The position numbers and the translations under genes were made by a program. A DNA stretch of 64,000 nt from assembly GCF_037042905.1 (NCBI RefSeq), contig NC_087252.1, positions 4,094,001 to 4,158,000 of the forward strand, given 5' to 3'. Positions 62,801-64,000 of this stretch are shown here, in pieces (position 1 is the first letter of the stretch; every line of letters starts with the position of its first letter). The notes beneath the pieces were generated by a model. It searched no databases. It had not been told where the DNA came from and saw only the letters and a program-made list of their open reading frames with translations. This DNA comes from Lytechinus pictus. Its lineage: Eukaryota.

Positions 62801-64000
62801 TCTCTATACAAATTCAATTATAGGTCAATTTATTCTCTGTAGTATTAGTAGATATCTGACTTTCTATTCATAACACACAGCCAATGATAGACCACACACA
62901 GCTCACTCCCCCTTTAATCTGGCAAGCATTTCACAATGCGCAAGCATTTTAATGAATGAATTCCTTCCAGGTACCCATTTTATAGCTCACCTGGGTTGGG
63001 TGCAACACAATACAGATAAATTTCATACTGCAGGAAGTTTAGGTCTAGAGTAGGATTTGAACCCACAACTCTGTGATTACGAAACAAGGTGTTTTTTTTA
63101 GTCTTATACTCATATAGGTAATATATTTTTTATGATTTGAATGCCAAACGTGATGATACATTGATCCATCAAATTATAGAGATTGATGTCACATTGGCTA
63201 CTGATATTTAAACCACATATTTAGCGCATGGTTTAAATTGAATCGGAGTTGAGAATACGCGCCAGTGTCTTTATATGAGATATCCGTTTTTAGATCAAGC
63301 TAAGCATCTGATATTTTCTGGTTTCAATCCAGAGAATAAAGAGTAACAAAATGAACATTTTTGTTAACAATGATGTCTATTTTCCATCCATTTCTTTTCA
63401 GAAACCAACATTGAGGTGCTTAGTAACTCTAGTATTGTAATTGATGGCTTACTGGAAACCAATACAGGGGAGTATACATGTATAGCTACCAACGCAGCAG
63501 GGAGTATTCAGGTCACTGCAACACTCTCCACTCCCGGTGAGATGTTGGAATAACTTTGTAAAATTTTTTTTTTTTGGGCTAAATTATATAGAGAAATTGA
63601 ATCTTATTAAAATTAATTGAAATTTTTATGACATGGGTCCGACAAGTACTAGTTACACTTAATTTTGCAAATGATAGAGCCTTTTCTTGCGGAGCCACGG
63701 CTCTATTTGAATTGCATTATTACTAACATTAGAATAATGGTTATTTTCATGATTTTTATTATTCTGATCATTACTACCATCATAATGATGATAACAAACA
63801 TCATCATCATCATCATTTCATCATCATCCTCATCATCATCATAGTAATCAACATTATTATCATCATCTTCATCATCATAGTCATTATCATCCTCAATGTT
63901 ATCAATATTATCCCAGTGTATGCTATTTTGTTATTGTACTATTATTCATCATCATCATTAATATTATGTTTAAATGCCTTGTTTCAGATGTCCCCAAATT
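53815..64000 (+). CDS. Gene 4: multi I-set Ig-domain secreted or surface protein (at least 7 domains, hemicentin/Dscam-like architecture), 3' partial
   Basis: Exons 53815-53878, 54291-54581, 55577-55876, 56333-56466, 57527-57784, 58853-59006, 60064-60192, 60972-61133, 61626-61895, 62354-62488, 63402-63536 and 63988-end. All are GT-AG and phase-consistent, with repeated C...W...G-x-Y-x-C-x-A-x-N motifs. Confidence 0.88.
54291..54581 (+). CDS. Gene 4 exon, Ig1
   Basis: LQFTQAPSNQ...WWHC...YSW...NGTLYI...GSYRC; 291 nt. Confidence 0.9.
55090..55237. repeat. Perfect 74-bp tandem duplication
   Basis: 55090-55163 is identical to 55164-55237. Confidence 0.9.
55577..55876 (+). CDS. Gene 4 exon, Ig2
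   Basis: LALHC...ITWQLNG...GGNYRCLATN; 300 nt. Confidence 0.9.
56333..56466 (+). CDS. Gene 4 exon, Ig3 N-half
   Basis: RPGFSTTP...ATFLCEVNGSPASTVDW; donor TCA|GTGAGT. Confidence 0.88.
56483..57077. mobile_element. Kolobok-like MITE just downstream of a gene 4 splice donor
   Basis: TTAA-AGGGGAATCCAACC ... GGTTGGATTCCCCT-TTAA. Confidence 0.85.
57310..57444 (+). pseudogene. Decayed tandem duplicate (pseudo-exon) of the 5' half of exon 57527-57784
   Basis: Same TAACAG acceptor; translates TCGIFTAISFRLTITNSQHSDSGYYTCRATNAC*ENIASTLLTVT, with TGA at 57409-57411. Confidence 0.85.
57527..57784 (+). CDS. Gene 4 exon, Ig3 C-half plus Ig4 N-half
   Basis: RLTITNTQQSDSGYFTCRATNAWG...VTFPCSATGSPTPTIEWRK; 258 nt. 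Confidence 0.88.
58440..58810 (-). mobile_element. L2/CR1-like LINE 3' fragment
   Basis: Minus-strand translation SSFTYHATILWSSL...IKTYLF resembles the conserved ORF2 C-terminus. Confidence 0.55.
58853..59006 (+). CDS. Gene 4 exon, Ig4 C-half
   Basis: LRITGIEVTDSGFYVCTASN...VQLIVQ. Confidence 0.88.
60064..60192 (+). CDS. Gene 4 exon, Ig5 N-half
   Basis: APNFTVLPED...LLDCEADGMPTPAIKW. Confidence 0.88.
60972..61133 (+). CDS. Gene 4 exon, Ig5 C-half
   Basis: NGSLAIPYVENRHAGTYVCLASN. Confidence 0.88.
61626..61895 (+). CDS. Gene 4 exon, Ig6
   Basis: ARFECRAAATPTPVISW...NGDLRINNVEEDQEGVYTCSAGN; 270 nt. Confidence 0.92.
62354..62488 (+). CDS. Gene 4 exon, Ig7 N-half
   Basis: PPQFVVHPVD...VRLDCEASGDPMPSIQWQKDG (not in the ORF track). 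Confidence 0.88.
62495..63090 (-). mobile_element. Degenerate, interrupted copy of the same SINE
   Basis: GGTACCCATTT...CTCACCTGGGTTGGGTGCAACACAAT...GGATTTGAACCCAC matches the SINE core in reverse. Confidence 0.6.
63402..63536 (+). CDS. Gene 4 exon, Ig7 C-half
   Basis: NSSIVIDGLLETNTGEYTCIATNAAG (not in the ORF track). Confidence 0.88.
63765..63960. repeat. (CAT/TAT)n microsatellite (similar tract 57190-57300)
   Basis: Direct reading. Confidence 0.9.
63988..64000 (+). CDS. Gene 4 start of next exon (DVPK...), truncated by the window edge
   Basis: GTTTCAG acceptor; phase 1 gives D-V-P-K, resembling the start of another Ig domain. Confidence 0.6.

Overview
AT-rich, intron-containing animal genomic DNA. 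The repeat content (tRNA-derived SINEs, Kolobok/Harbinger/CACTA/Tc1/piggyBac-type MITEs) suggests an invertebrate deuterostome such as a sea urchin; this is an inference. Four protein-coding genes can be rebuilt by hand with canonical GT-AG sites and consistent intron phases, arranged as two head-to-head pairs. (1) Minus strand, 13877-20276: a 358-aa type I membrane protein with three Ig domains and almost no cytoplasmic tail. (2) Plus strand, 23078-32252: a 1258-aa acidic, probably disordered protein starting MGCCVS (predicted myristoylation plus palmitoylation), with 12 intact H-[EQD]-x-C-S-V-C-[LMI]-A motifs, a frame-switching 22-nt micro-exon and a 61-codon coding-like extension past its stop codon. 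I do not recognise this family; it is the best candidate for a new system. (3) Minus strand, 37259-44719: RBM7 (348 aa). (4) Plus strand, 53815 to beyond 64000: a secreted or surface protein with at least 7 tandem I-set Ig domains and a duplicated, stop-containing pseudo-exon. The rest is non-autonomous DNA transposons (several nested), SINEs, LINE 3' fragments, one probable solo LTR and microsatellites. Most short ORFs in the track are spurious.
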